Below are positions 9,360 through 17,217 of a DNA stretch of 57,268 nt, one piece after another. Position numbers and translations under genes: made by a program. Within the stretch, counting starts at the first letter, position 1, and every line of letters begins with the position of its first letter. The notes under the pieces were generated by a model that saw nothing but the letters and a program-made list of their open reading frames with translations, was not told where the DNA came from and did no database searches. This DNA is from an uncultured bacterium (GTDB lineage Bacteria; Bacillota_I; Bacilli_A; RF39; UBA660): assembly GCA_949291575.1 (NCBI GenBank), contig CASEWH010000067.1:1-57268 (forward strand). The letters run 5' to 3'.

Positions 9360-9387
9360 GAATATGTAATTTGAAAGGAAGAGAAAT

Positions 9388-9642
9388 ATGAAAATTAAAA
9401 ATTTATTAAAACTTAATATTTTAAACGAAATGGCAAGTACTTGCCTAAACAAAAGAATTGATGATGACTTTTATGATTTTTACTTTGAAAAAAATGTAGA
9501 ATGGTTAATAAAAAATAAAGATAAAATCATAAATGACTTTTATAGCCTAGATACTACATTTGAAAAAGAAAATGGTTTACTATTTCATACAAAAGATTTT
9601 AGTAAGCAAGATGTTATTGATATTTTGAAAGAAGATGAATAA
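9388..9642 (+). CDS. Hypothetical protein (first gene of the accessory operon)
   Basis: 84 aa. RBS GAAAGGAAGAG. No recognisable motif. Confidence 0.6.
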   Translation: MKIKNLLKLNILNEMASTCLNKRIDDDFYDFYFEKNVEWLIKNKDKIINDFYSLDTTFEKENGLLFHTKDFSKQDVIDILKEDE

Positions 9643-10042
9643 TATGTGGAAAAATATTGAAATTAACATACAAAATATTGAATACGATACTGGAAAAGCA
9701 ACACTAATTAAAATGCCAAATAAAAGCAATTATGCAGGATATAAATTTTGGCATCCAAGTAAACTAATTAGATATGGTTCTAATTCTTATGCAAGAAGTT
9801 TAGGATATACAGATGATTTTACTTTTAAACTAAAAAAATATGGTAAGGGTAAATATAATTCACATGATATAATTGATGAAATTGACATATCTGCAGAAGA
9901 GTTCGAAGAAGCATTTGAATGTATGGAAAGCTGTACTAGAGCTAAATCTGACGAAACATATTTACATATAACTGAGCCAGAAAAAATTGAAAAAGATGTT
10001 AAAGTAAAGGAGGAATTAAAAAATGAAAGTAACAAGAGATGA
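9635..10042 (+). CDS. Hypothetical protein
   Basis: 135 aa. Overlaps the previous stop. Contains YKFWHPSKLIR and an acidic C-terminus. Confidence 0.6.
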   Translation: MNNMWKNIEINIQNIEYDTGKATLIKMPNKSNYAGYKFWHPSKLIRYGSNSYARSLGYTDDFTFKLKKYGKGKYNSHDIIDEIDISAEEFEEAFECMESCTRAKSDETYLHITEPEKIEKDVKVKEELKNESNKR

Positions 10043-10289
10043 AATGCTAAATGCACTTAAAAAAAATAGTGATTTACATTTATTTAATGGTTTTTATAGC
10101 AATAAAGGTAACGAATATATAGATATCGTCAATGGTTACCAAATTTTACAAGGATGGGGTGCAGAACACATATCTCAAAATAATAAATATTTTTATGTTG
10201 TAAATGGAGGCTTTGCTACAGAGTACATTTATAATAAAATATTTAAGAAAGAAAATAAAAATGAACAATACTCAACTATTAGCATTTGA
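10023..10289 (+). CDS. Hypothetical protein
   Basis: 88 aa. Strong RBS AAAGGAGGAA. Overlaps both neighbours. Confidence 0.6.
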   Translation: MKVTRDEMLNALKKNSDLHLFNGFYSNKGNEYIDIVNGYQILQGWGAEHISQNNKYFYVVNGGFATEYIYNKIFKKENKNEQYSTISI

Positions 10290-11490
10290 ACAATTTTCTA
10301 AATTAAAAGTTGGAGCATTGTTTATGAAAATGGGAACTGGGAAAACGAGAGTTGCATTAGAGCTAGTGAATTACAATAAAGTAGATCTACTAATATATGT
10401 AGCCCCTTTCTCTACCCTATCTAATATTAAAGAGGAAATAAATAAATGGGGCATAAATTGTGAATGCATTTTAATTGGTTATGAAACGATTTCTTCAAGT
10501 GATTCTAAATATTTAGAACTTTTAAAAAAGATAAAAAATAAAAAATGTTTTATAATAGCAGATGAAAGCATCTTTATAAAGAACGAAGAAACAAAAAGAT
10601 TTAAAAGGCTCTGTAATATTCGTAAAGGATGTAGTTACGCATTAATTTTAAATGGTACACCACTTACTAAAAACGAATGGGACTTGTATAATCAAATGTA
10701 CTTTTTAAGTCCCTTAATAATTGATATGAGCCGAGAACAATTTTTAAATACTTTCTTTAAGAAGATAACCTATAAAAAGTATCATCAAAGAGAACATACT
10801 TTTTATAAATTTAGTAATATTAATGCTAAGCTGTTATATAAAATGATTAAACCATATATATTTGAATGCGATTTAGATTTTTTTAAAGAAGAAGTGGAAA
10901 ACTATGTATATATAGATTATGAAGATGATAATTATTATAATGAAAAAGAGAAAAGGCTAAATCACTATATAGAAACAAGAAATAGTGAATCAATTATTAA
11001 TATGCTTACATCATTAAATGTAATTGCAAGTAATTATTCTAAAAAAAACGATAAAGTTATTGAATATGTAAAAGATAAGCAAATTATTGTTTTTTGTAGT
11101 TTTATTGAAGAAATAGAATATATAAGTGAAAAATTAGATTGTTATGTAATTACTGGTAATACAAAAAATAGAGATAAAATCATAAAAGCATTTAAAAACA
11201 ATTCTAAACCGTTATTAATGACTTTTGGTGTAGGGTCATATTCTTTAAATCTACAATTTTGTAATGAAATAGTTTATACTAGTCTTACTTATGACTATTC
11301 TAAATTAGAACAAAGCAAATATAGAATCAAGCGAATAGGGCAAAATAAAGATATAAAATATACCTATTTTTTAACTAATTTAGGAATAACAAAATTAATA
11401 ATCGAAAGTATAAAAAGAAAATGTACTTTAGAAAATTTAATAAAAGAAAAAATAATGGAAGGTGGTATTGAATGGCTAAAGTCTATTTAG
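10261..11490 (+). CDS. Minimal SNF2-family helicase/ATPase
   Basis: GTGKT (motif I), IIADESIFIKN (motif II), LILNGTPLTKN (motif III), GVGSYSLNLQ...EQSKYRIKRIGQ (motifs V-VI). The start is taken at MNNTQLLAF. Confidence 0.8.
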   Translation: MNNTQLLAFEQFSKLKVGALFMKMGTGKTRVALELVNYNKVDLLIYVAPFSTLSNIKEEINKWGINCECILIGYETISSSDSKYLELLKKIKNKKCFIIADESIFIKNEETKRFKRLCNIRKGCSYALILNGTPLTKNEWDLYNQMYFLSPLIIDMSREQFLNTFFKKITYKKYHQREHTFYKFSNINAKLLYKMIKPYIFECDLDFFKEEVENYVYIDYEDDNYYNEKEKRLNHYIETRNSESIINMLTSLNVIASNYSKKNDKVIEYVKDKQIIVFCSFIEEIEYISEKLDCYVITGNTKNRDKIIKAFKNNSKPLLMTFGVGSYSLNLQFCNEIVYTSLTYDYSKLEQSKYRIKRIGQNKDIKYTYFLTNLGITKLIIESIKRKCTLENLIKEKIMEGGIEWLKSI

Positions 11491-12755
11491 AGAAAGATGT
11501 CTTAACAGCTTTTTTTGAAAGAACAGAAGAAGTTTTTAAAGAAGCAGATAATGTTATTTTTTCTGTAAGTGGTGGTAAAGACAGTGGTATAATGGTCCAA
11601 CTTGCTAATATAGTAGCGAAAAAACTAAATAAAAAATATGATGTCATGTATATTGATTTTGAGGCACAATATAAAGCTACAATAGATTACATAAATAGAT
11701 TAAAGAAATTGTCAAATGTAAGAACCTTTTATCATATAGCTTTACCAATGTACTTAAGAAATGCAGTATCTGTACTCCAACCCAAATGGATATGTTGGAA
11801 TCCCGATGATGAAGATATATGGGTACGTAAATTACCTAAGGATAGCATAAATTTATCTAATAATATCTTTCCATTTTATAATAGACCTATTGAATTTGAA
11901 GAATTTGTACCATTATTTCAAGAATGGTACCAAAAAACTCATGGGGGTTTATGCTTTGTTGGTGTTGGAATTAGAGCAGATGAAAGTATAAACCGTTTTA
12001 GAACTATAGCTTTAATGCCGAATAAAGTTGAGTACAAAAGCCATCATTGGACGACAAAAGTTGGAGAGAATATGTACTCTTTTTACCCAATGTATGATTG
12101 GCGAACAGAAGATGACTGGGGTGCAACTACTAAATTTAATCTTGACATGAATAATATTTATGAATTAATGTATAAAAATGGATTATCAATTCATGAACAA
12201 CGTCTGTGTCAACCATATGGAGATGACCAAAGAAATGGATTAGACCAATTTAAAGCACTAGAAAGTGAAACTTGGGAGAAAGTCTTAAACAGAGTTAATG
12301 GTGTTAATTTTGGTAATATCTATTGCAAAACATCTGCCTTAGGAAATATCACTTCTATGAAACCTGAGCATATGACATGGCAACAATATACAATTTATTT
12401 GTTAGAAAGTTTAGGATTATATAATAAAGATTTAGAATTGCATTATTATGGCAAGATTAAAAAGTTTATGAAATGGTATAAAGATAAAGAAGGAATTGAT
12501 TTGAAAGATATTCCTGAAGAAGCAGATAAAAAAGAAGAAAGTATGAAAAAAGTTATTTCCTGGCGAAGAATTGCAAGAGCAATTGAAAAAAATGATTTTT
12601 ATATGAAACGATTATCATTTTCAGAAAATAAGAGTGATTTTGAAAAGTTAAAAAAAATGATAAGTAAATGGGATAATTTATTAAATGAAACCACAGAAAC
12701 TACTGATAAATCTTTAAGAAAAGCTAAGGAGGTATTAATAAATGAAAGAAATTAA
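11472..12755 (+). CDS. PP-loop ATPase of the PAPS-reductase family (IbrA/DndC-like)
   Basis: 427 aa. VIFSVSGGKDSGIMV PP-loop, GVGIRADES, and a long C-terminal extension as in DUF3440-type proteins. RBS GGAAGGTGG. Confidence 0.75.
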   Translation: MAKVYLEKDVLTAFFERTEEVFKEADNVIFSVSGGKDSGIMVQLANIVAKKLNKKYDVMYIDFEAQYKATIDYINRLKKLSNVRTFYHIALPMYLRNAVSVLQPKWICWNPDDEDIWVRKLPKDSINLSNNIFPFYNRPIEFEEFVPLFQEWYQKTHGGLCFVGVGIRADESINRFRTIALMPNKVEYKSHHWTTKVGENMYSFYPMYDWRTEDDWGATTKFNLDMNNIYELMYKNGLSIHEQRLCQPYGDDQRNGLDQFKALESETWEKVLNRVNGVNFGNIYCKTSALGNITSMKPEHMTWQQYTIYLLESLGLYNKDLELHYYGKIKKFMKWYKDKEGIDLKDIPEEADKKEESMKKVISWRRIARAIEKNDFYMKRLSFSENKSDFEKLKKMISKWDNLLNETTETTDKSLRKAKEVLINERN

Positions 12756-13275
12756 AATGAAAGCTTTAGAAGCTAAATTAGTACCAATAGAAAAACTAAG
12801 TGCTAACAATTGGAATCCTAATAAGGTTGCTAAACCAGAAATGGATTTATTACAACGTTCAATTGAAGATAACGGTTTTTGTTTTCCTATTGCTACTATC
12901 TATGATAAAGAAAAAGATGAGTATATAATAATAGATGGATATCATAGGTATTTAGTTTCTAAAGACAGATTACATTTAAAAGAAATTCCAGTAGTAGTAT
13001 TGGATTATGATGTTAAAATGCAAATGAGTGCGACTATCCAATTTAATAGAGCAAGAGGTACTCATCAGATACCTGATATGAGTAAAATTGTAATTAAATT
13101 ATTAAATGAAGGATGGGGAGATAAGCAAATATGTGAACATTTAGGTATGGAACTTGACGAAGTTATAAGACTTAAACAAGTTAGTGGATTAAAAGAAGCT
13201 TTTGCTAATCATACTTTTAGCAAGAGTTGGGAAGAATTTGAAAGAAATTTATTGGAGGAAAATTATGAGAACTAA
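12742..13275 (+). CDS. ParB/sulfiredoxin-fold protein (IbrB/DndB-like)
   Basis: 177 aa. NPNKV...IIIDGYHRYLVS ParB N-terminal-domain motif. RBS AAGGAGG. Overlaps the PP-loop gene by 14 nt. Confidence 0.75.
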   Translation: MKEIKMKALEAKLVPIEKLSANNWNPNKVAKPEMDLLQRSIEDNGFCFPIATIYDKEKDEYIIIDGYHRYLVSKDRLHLKEIPVVVLDYDVKMQMSATIQFNRARGTHQIPDMSKIVIKLLNEGWGDKQICEHLGMELDEVIRLKQVSGLKEAFANHTFSKSWEEFERNLLEENYEN

Positions 13276-13699
13276 AGAATGGTTAAAAGAAAAAAGAATA
13301 AAATATTGTTACACGCAAAGGCAACTTGCTAAAGAAATTGGCTTATCGCCTTTTACAATTGAGCAAATAGAACAAGGAAAAAGGCTAGGCTCTGTTGAGA
13401 CATGGGAAAAAATAGAAAACTTTTTTAAGAATGAAGATGAGATTGATATTATAGTGTCTTATGAAAGCGATGATTTAATAGTAGAACTAAAAGAAGACAT
13501 TGAAGAATTTGGAGAAGATAATCCATGTATATTAGTATATAAAATAGTAGGAAATCACATTATTTTTACAAATTATGACTTTATCACAGAAGAAGACCCA
13601 TTTAATCCTGATAAAGAACTAGAAGAAGATGAATATTACATAGAAACCACTTTTAAATATGCACTTGAGGTATTTGAAAGACAAAATAAAATATTATAA
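13265..13699 (+). CDS. XRE-type HTH protein with unknown acidic C-terminal domain
   Basis: YTQRQLAKEIGLSPFTIEQIEQGKR helix-turn-helix. RBS TTGGAGGAAA. Overlaps the ParB-like gene. Confidence 0.7.
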   Translation: MRTKEWLKEKRIKYCYTQRQLAKEIGLSPFTIEQIEQGKRLGSVETWEKIENFFKNEDEIDIIVSYESDDLIVELKEDIEEFGEDNPCILVYKIVGNHIIFTNYDFITEEDPFNPDKELEEDEYYIETTFKYALEVFERQNKIL

Positions 13700-13711
13700 A
13701 ATAAAAAAACA

Positions 13712-13738
13712 GGTAGAGCCAATTAAGACTCTACCTTT
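13712..13738. terminator. Bidirectional terminator between the accessory operon and the endolysin
   Basis: GGTAGAG/CTCTACC stem flanked by an A-run and a T-run, between convergent genes. Confidence 0.65.
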
Positions 13739-14630
13739 AATTATTAGATACTTCGTATAAAGGTCCACAATCACATCTGAATTGAACTCCATCAGCTTCA
13801 AGAATTGCTACACCATTTTTTAAATATTTAGTTGGTAGCTCAACACCTTTTACAGTAAAAGTATTATCACATTTCCAGTAATCACCAACATTTAATACTG
13901 CATTATAATTAGCATTACTACCATCAGAATTACATTTAGCAAGTGGACCACTAGGAATGTAATCATTTACTCCACATGGAGAACCATAGCAGGTATCGTA
14001 GCATCCAATAGCACCATTAGGGTATTTGCTGTTTGGAAGTATTATTTCATTTACTCTAAACACTCCATTGAATTTTACCTTTGACCCTACTTTAAGTATT
14101 TGATCACCTGCAGTTGATATAGAACTTCCATTATTTAATTTCTCTTGAACTTTAGCAACAAATGTATTCCAGTCATAAGGATTACCTCGTCTTATATCGT
14201 AAGGACAGTCTTTACCAGTCCAAGCATTATGTTGAAATAAGTAACCTATAACATTTGTAACACCATATCTTCTTAATATCTCTGCACATAGTTCTACTGC
14301 ATTGTCAGTAGCTTTTCTAATATCTCCATCAGAATTATCACAGATTTCAATAGAGATAGTTTTCATGTTACCATCGCCACGTCCATCACCTTGACACCAA
14401 GCCACCTCGTTTTCTGGTACACATCTAACAGCTCTATCTTGATCTACTACGTAGTTCCAAGAGGTGGTTACATTCTTCCAAGAGCCTCTTAATAGATTTG
14501 CATGAGCTATTGCATTAGCACCTTTATTGTGATTTGACGTATTATGAATAGTAATACCTCTAAATCCAGTTCTTGATATACCTGGTCTACAACTATAGCC
14601 AAGTGGTGCTAGCATTTCAATTATTTCCAT
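13737..14630 (-). CDS. Endolysin: N-acetylmuramoyl-L-alanine amidase (PGRP/Amidase_2-type) plus C-terminal binding repeats
   Basis: ITIHNTSN...AWCQGDG...SIEICDN catalytic pattern. Two Cys-rich C-terminal repeats. Last gene of the late operon. Confidence 0.85.
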   Translation of the reverse strand: MEIIEMLAPLGYSCRPGISRTGFRGITIHNTSNHNKGANAIAHANLLRGSWKNVTTSWNYVVDQDRAVRCVPENEVAWCQGDGRGDGNMKTISIEICDNSDGDIRKATDNAVELCAEILRRYGVTNVIGYLFQHNAWTGKDCPYDIRRGNPYDWNTFVAKVQEKLNNGSSISTAGDQILKVGSKVKFNGVFRVNEIILPNSKYPNGAIGCYDTCYGSPCGVNDYIPSGPLAKCNSDGSNANYNAVLNVGDYWKCDNTFTVKGVELPTKYLKNGVAILEADGVQFRCDCGPLYEVSNN

Positions 14631-14731
14631 TATTCATCACTCCCTTTACCATCTTCAACTATTCCAGTTTCTACTTTATCTACATTAGCCTCTTCTTTTG
14701 AAAGAGTTTCTTCTTCTTTTATTGTTGCCAT
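14630..14731 (-). CDS. Small acidic ORF (33 aa) translationally coupled to the endolysin
   Basis: MATIKEEETLSKEEANVDKVETGIVEDGKGSDE. RBS GAGGAGAAA. Its stop overlaps the endolysin ATG (TAATG). Below the cut-off of the ORF track. Confidence 0.4.
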   Translation of the reverse strand: MATIKEEETLSKEEANVDKVETGIVEDGKGSDE

Positions 14732-14745
14732 ATTTTATTTCTCCT

Positions 14746-14994
14746 CTACTTATTTTTAATATTAATCAAATCTGCAATTCCACCTGCACCCATAGTCGCT
14801 ACTAAACATAATACTAATGCCTGTAGTAAGTTAGGCTCTATGCCTGTGAAAAAGCAAATTAATGCACTTACAATACCAACTATAACATTCTGAATAGGAA
14901 TATACTTGTTAGGTACTGTGTCTATAAATATTTTAGTAATAGCACCTAAGATATAGGCTACTATTGCTATGATTACTACATAAGTTATTTCCAT
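14746..14994 (-). CDS. Holin
   Basis: 82 aa with three hydrophobic segments and a charged C-terminus (NIKNK). Lies just upstream of the endolysin. Confidence 0.8.
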   Translation of the reverse strand: MEITYVVIIAIVAYILGAITKIFIDTVPNKYIPIQNVIVGIVSALICFFTGIEPNLLQALVLCLVATMGAGGIADLINIKNK

Positions 14995-15012
14995 AGTTAG
15001 TCATCTCCTTTC

Positions 15013-15621
15013 TTACTTTGAATTAATAAGATGCTCTTCAACATACCATACAAGTTGATTAATCACATCTTTATTTACTTTCATATTTTCTTTGTTAAAC
15101 CAATGTATTGCAATAAAACCTATGGTGTTACCTTCTTTGTTGTGGATTGCTATATCACAGAAAGAATCTACATCTATACTCTTCTTAAAATTATAAGTAC
15201 TTGGCATAGATGTTTTTAGTTCTTCTAAGTCTTTACATATAAACTTACCATCTTCTGTAATCCTATGTATAAACTGAGGCATACAGTTGGTAGGTAAGTT
15301 TATACATCTCTGTTGAACTGGTTGATTACCAGCTTTAAAAACTTCATATGTACATGAGAATTTATATGCTGACCTATAATCAGAATAATGTTCGCCGTTA
15401 TGAAACTCATACACATGGATTCTATCAGCATTTAGAATCTCTTTTACATACTCTAGTTTATTAAGTATTTCTAAATCTAATTTGTTCTGTCTAGGTAACA
15501 TCTTACCTACATTTGTCTTTTTAAAGTACTGATTTAGATATTGTTTACAAAAGAATAGACTTACTATAACTAATGCTATAAATTGTCCTATTTCTTTTGC
15601 AGAATTAATTATTTCATTCAT
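15013..15621 (-). CDS. Membrane-anchored protein with a possible GAF-like domain
   Basis: 202 aa. N-terminal TM IGQFIALVIVSLFF. C-terminal ...DIAIHNKEGNTIGFIAIHWFN resembles a GAF beta-strand pair. Sits between the fibre cassettes and the holin. Confidence 0.5.
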   Translation of the reverse strand: MNEIINSAKEIGQFIALVIVSLFFCKQYLNQYFKKTNVGKMLPRQNKLDLEILNKLEYVKEILNADRIHVYEFHNGEHYSDYRSAYKFSCTYEVFKAGNQPVQQRCINLPTNCMPQFIHRITEDGKFICKDLEELKTSMPSTYNFKKSIDVDSFCDIAIHNKEGNTIGFIAIHWFNKENMKVNKDVINQLVWYVEEHLINSK

Positions 15622-15630
15622 TGTTCCTCC

Positions 15631-16026
15631 TTAAAATTTTATTCCAATACAATAAAGTGGTATTGCATTGTTATAGTCTTCGCCCCCAGGAGCATAACCA
15701 GCTGATACAGTATATTTAGTATCAGAAACATAATTTAATTGACGTCTTACTTGTGTGTTGCTAGATATTGTTGAAGTGTATAATATGCAATTATTCCCCT
15801 TCATACAAGCTGATAAGCAATTATTCTGTATTCCACTAACTGATGTTGAAAAAATCCAAAACAACATATCATAATCATCATTTGATAAATTTATTTCTGT
15901 TCCTTCAAGCATTGATGTTTTACTTGTATTTTCCCATAAGATCTTAAATCTTCTTTTTTCGTATCTAGGAATTATTAAATTTAATATATTTCCTAATTTA
16001 TCTTTTAATACATTATTTATTGCCAT
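15631..16026 (-). CDS. Tail-fibre-tip / receptor-binding-type cassette 3
   Basis: 131 aa. Conserved N-terminus VLKDKLGNILNLIIPRYEK shared with 16050-16454 and 16490-16831. The C-terminus is unrelated. Confidence 0.65.
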   Translation of the reverse strand: MAINNVLKDKLGNILNLIIPRYEKRRFKILWENTSKTSMLEGTEINLSNDDYDMLFWIFSTSVSGIQNNCLSACMKGNNCILYTSTISSNTQVRRQLNYVSDTKYTVSAGYAPGGEDYNNAIPLYCIGIKF

Positions 16027-16049
16027 ATAATTGGCTATTTAATTCTCTC

Positions 16050-16454
16050 TCATTTATATGTAAAACTAATTTCGGCTTGAGCGCTAAAGTTTGATCGATC
16101 AATAGTAGTTTCAATTAATAAGTATAAAATATCATTTGTAACTTTAGTATTTAATCCAATATGAGCATTAGCCATACTTATAAATGGAATAGGTATGTAT
16201 GTTCTGTCGCTACTTCTATAAGCTAAACATTTTATATATGTAACATTTATCTCGTCAATGTTTAATCCAGTATTTACCTCTAATGAACTTGCATTAGGCA
16301 ATTGAAGTATGCTTATTTTTTCTACATATTCATCTTTTCCATCAATTTTACGTCCTGTTTTAATAGGCTCTTCGTTTGTATATAAATTGCATTCGTATCT
16401 TGGTATCTTAGGATTTAGTATTTTTCCTAATTTATCTTTTAATACTTCATTCAC
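16050..16454 (-). CDS. Tail-fibre-tip / receptor-binding-type cassette 2
   Basis: 134 aa, GTG start. N-terminus VLKDKLGKILNPKIPRYE. 23 nt are identical to cassette 3 at the 5' end. Confidence 0.65.
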   Translation of the reverse strand: MNEVLKDKLGKILNPKIPRYECNLYTNEEPIKTGRKIDGKDEYVEKISILQLPNASSLEVNTGLNIDEINVTYIKCLAYRSSDRTYIPIPFISMANAHIGLNTKVTNDILYLLIETTIDRSNFSAQAEISFTYK

Positions 16455-16489
16455 GTGTTTCGCTTATTAGCTTTAACTATGAGTTATGC

Positions 16490-16831
16490 TCATTCTTCGA
16501 ATATGAAATACATAACACTATAATTATTTGAGTGTGGTTGAGAATTTATCCAAATTCTACATCCTGTTGTGCTTAAATTCTCTACTAATGTTTGAACAAA
16601 CCCCATATTATCGACTTTTGTTCTAGGCTCTAAAACAACCTTAGGTATATTATTATAGGCTCTTTCAAATGTTAAATCATAATAAGCACCTGTTATACCT
16701 CCAATTTGACCATTAGTCATTTGATTAGTTAATATCTCACCACTTTCAAATTTTTTTTGGAATTTTTCGTATCTCGGTATCTTAGGGTTTAATATGTTTT
16801 CATCCTTGTCTTTAAGTACACTATTACTCAT
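16490..16831 (-). CDS. Tail-fibre-tip / receptor-binding-type cassette 1
   Basis: 113 aa. N-terminus VLKDKDENILNPKIPRYEK. RBS AGAGGTG. Confidence 0.65.
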   Translation of the reverse strand: MSNSVLKDKDENILNPKIPRYEKFQKKFESGEILTNQMTNGQIGGITGAYYDLTFERAYNNIPKVVLEPRTKVDNMGFVQTLVENLSTTGCRIWINSQPHSNNYSVMYFIFEE

Positions 16832-16940
16832 AGTTACACCTCTTTTGAGAGAGAGAATTAATTACTAGCCTCTCCCTCCTTTCATAAGAGGAGTTAAGCA
16901 GTAAGCTCCCCCCCCCATGTAACATATTGTAAACTTTCAT
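16824..16940 (-). CDS. Possible 38-aa leader ORF containing the G9 tract
   Basis: MKVYNMLHGGGSLLLNSSYERRERLVINSLSQKRCNYE. Its stop overlaps the ATG of cassette 1. It stays open only with 9 G. Confidence 0.3.
   Translation of the reverse strand: MKVYNMLHGGGSLLLNSSYERRERLVINSLSQKRCNYE
16903..16934 (-). repeat. Homopolymer tract (C9 on plus, G9 on minus) with conserved flanks
   Basis: AAGCT-C9-ATGTAACATATTGTAAAC matches AAGCA-C10-AGGTAACAAATTGTAAAC at 51863-51895, in a genome that is otherwise very AT-rich. Confidence 0.8.
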
Positions 16941-16959
16941 TATTATCACTTTCCTTTCT

Positions 16960-17217
16960 TTAATCACTTTCTGCAATTGCTTGTTCTAGTTCTTCGTCCG
17001 TGCAAGTACCTTGATAGACACCTATTGCATTCATCTCATTAATTCTTTGATTTGTTGCATTTATATCATTTGATCCAAAATCATCACCTTCTATTTCATA
17101 GTCTGTTACATCTTCAAGAGATACAGTTCCATCAGAATTGTTAATCAAATTGAATTTTTTATTGCCTACATATGTATAATCTTGATAATCAGTTTTTAAA
17201 TTTTGTTGCTCGTCCAT
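16960..17217 (-). CDS. Small tail-fibre-associated protein
   Basis: 85 aa, acidic. RBS GGGAGGAGG. Lies between the fibre protein and the cassette array. Confidence 0.6.
   Translation of the reverse strand: MDEQQNLKTDYQDYTYVGNKKFNLINNSDGTVSLEDVTDYEIEGDDFGSNDINATNQRINEMNAIGVYQGTCTDEELEQAIAESD

Noticed and set aside
16941-16962. Stop-codon read-through of the 85-aa gene giving ...ESLQYVTWGG, similar to the LQFVTWGGG end of the chromosomal leader peptide
   Set aside because: The peptide similarity is a by-product of the shared nucleotide block. The two plausible small ORFs read that block in different frames, and the read-through frame has no start codon of its own.
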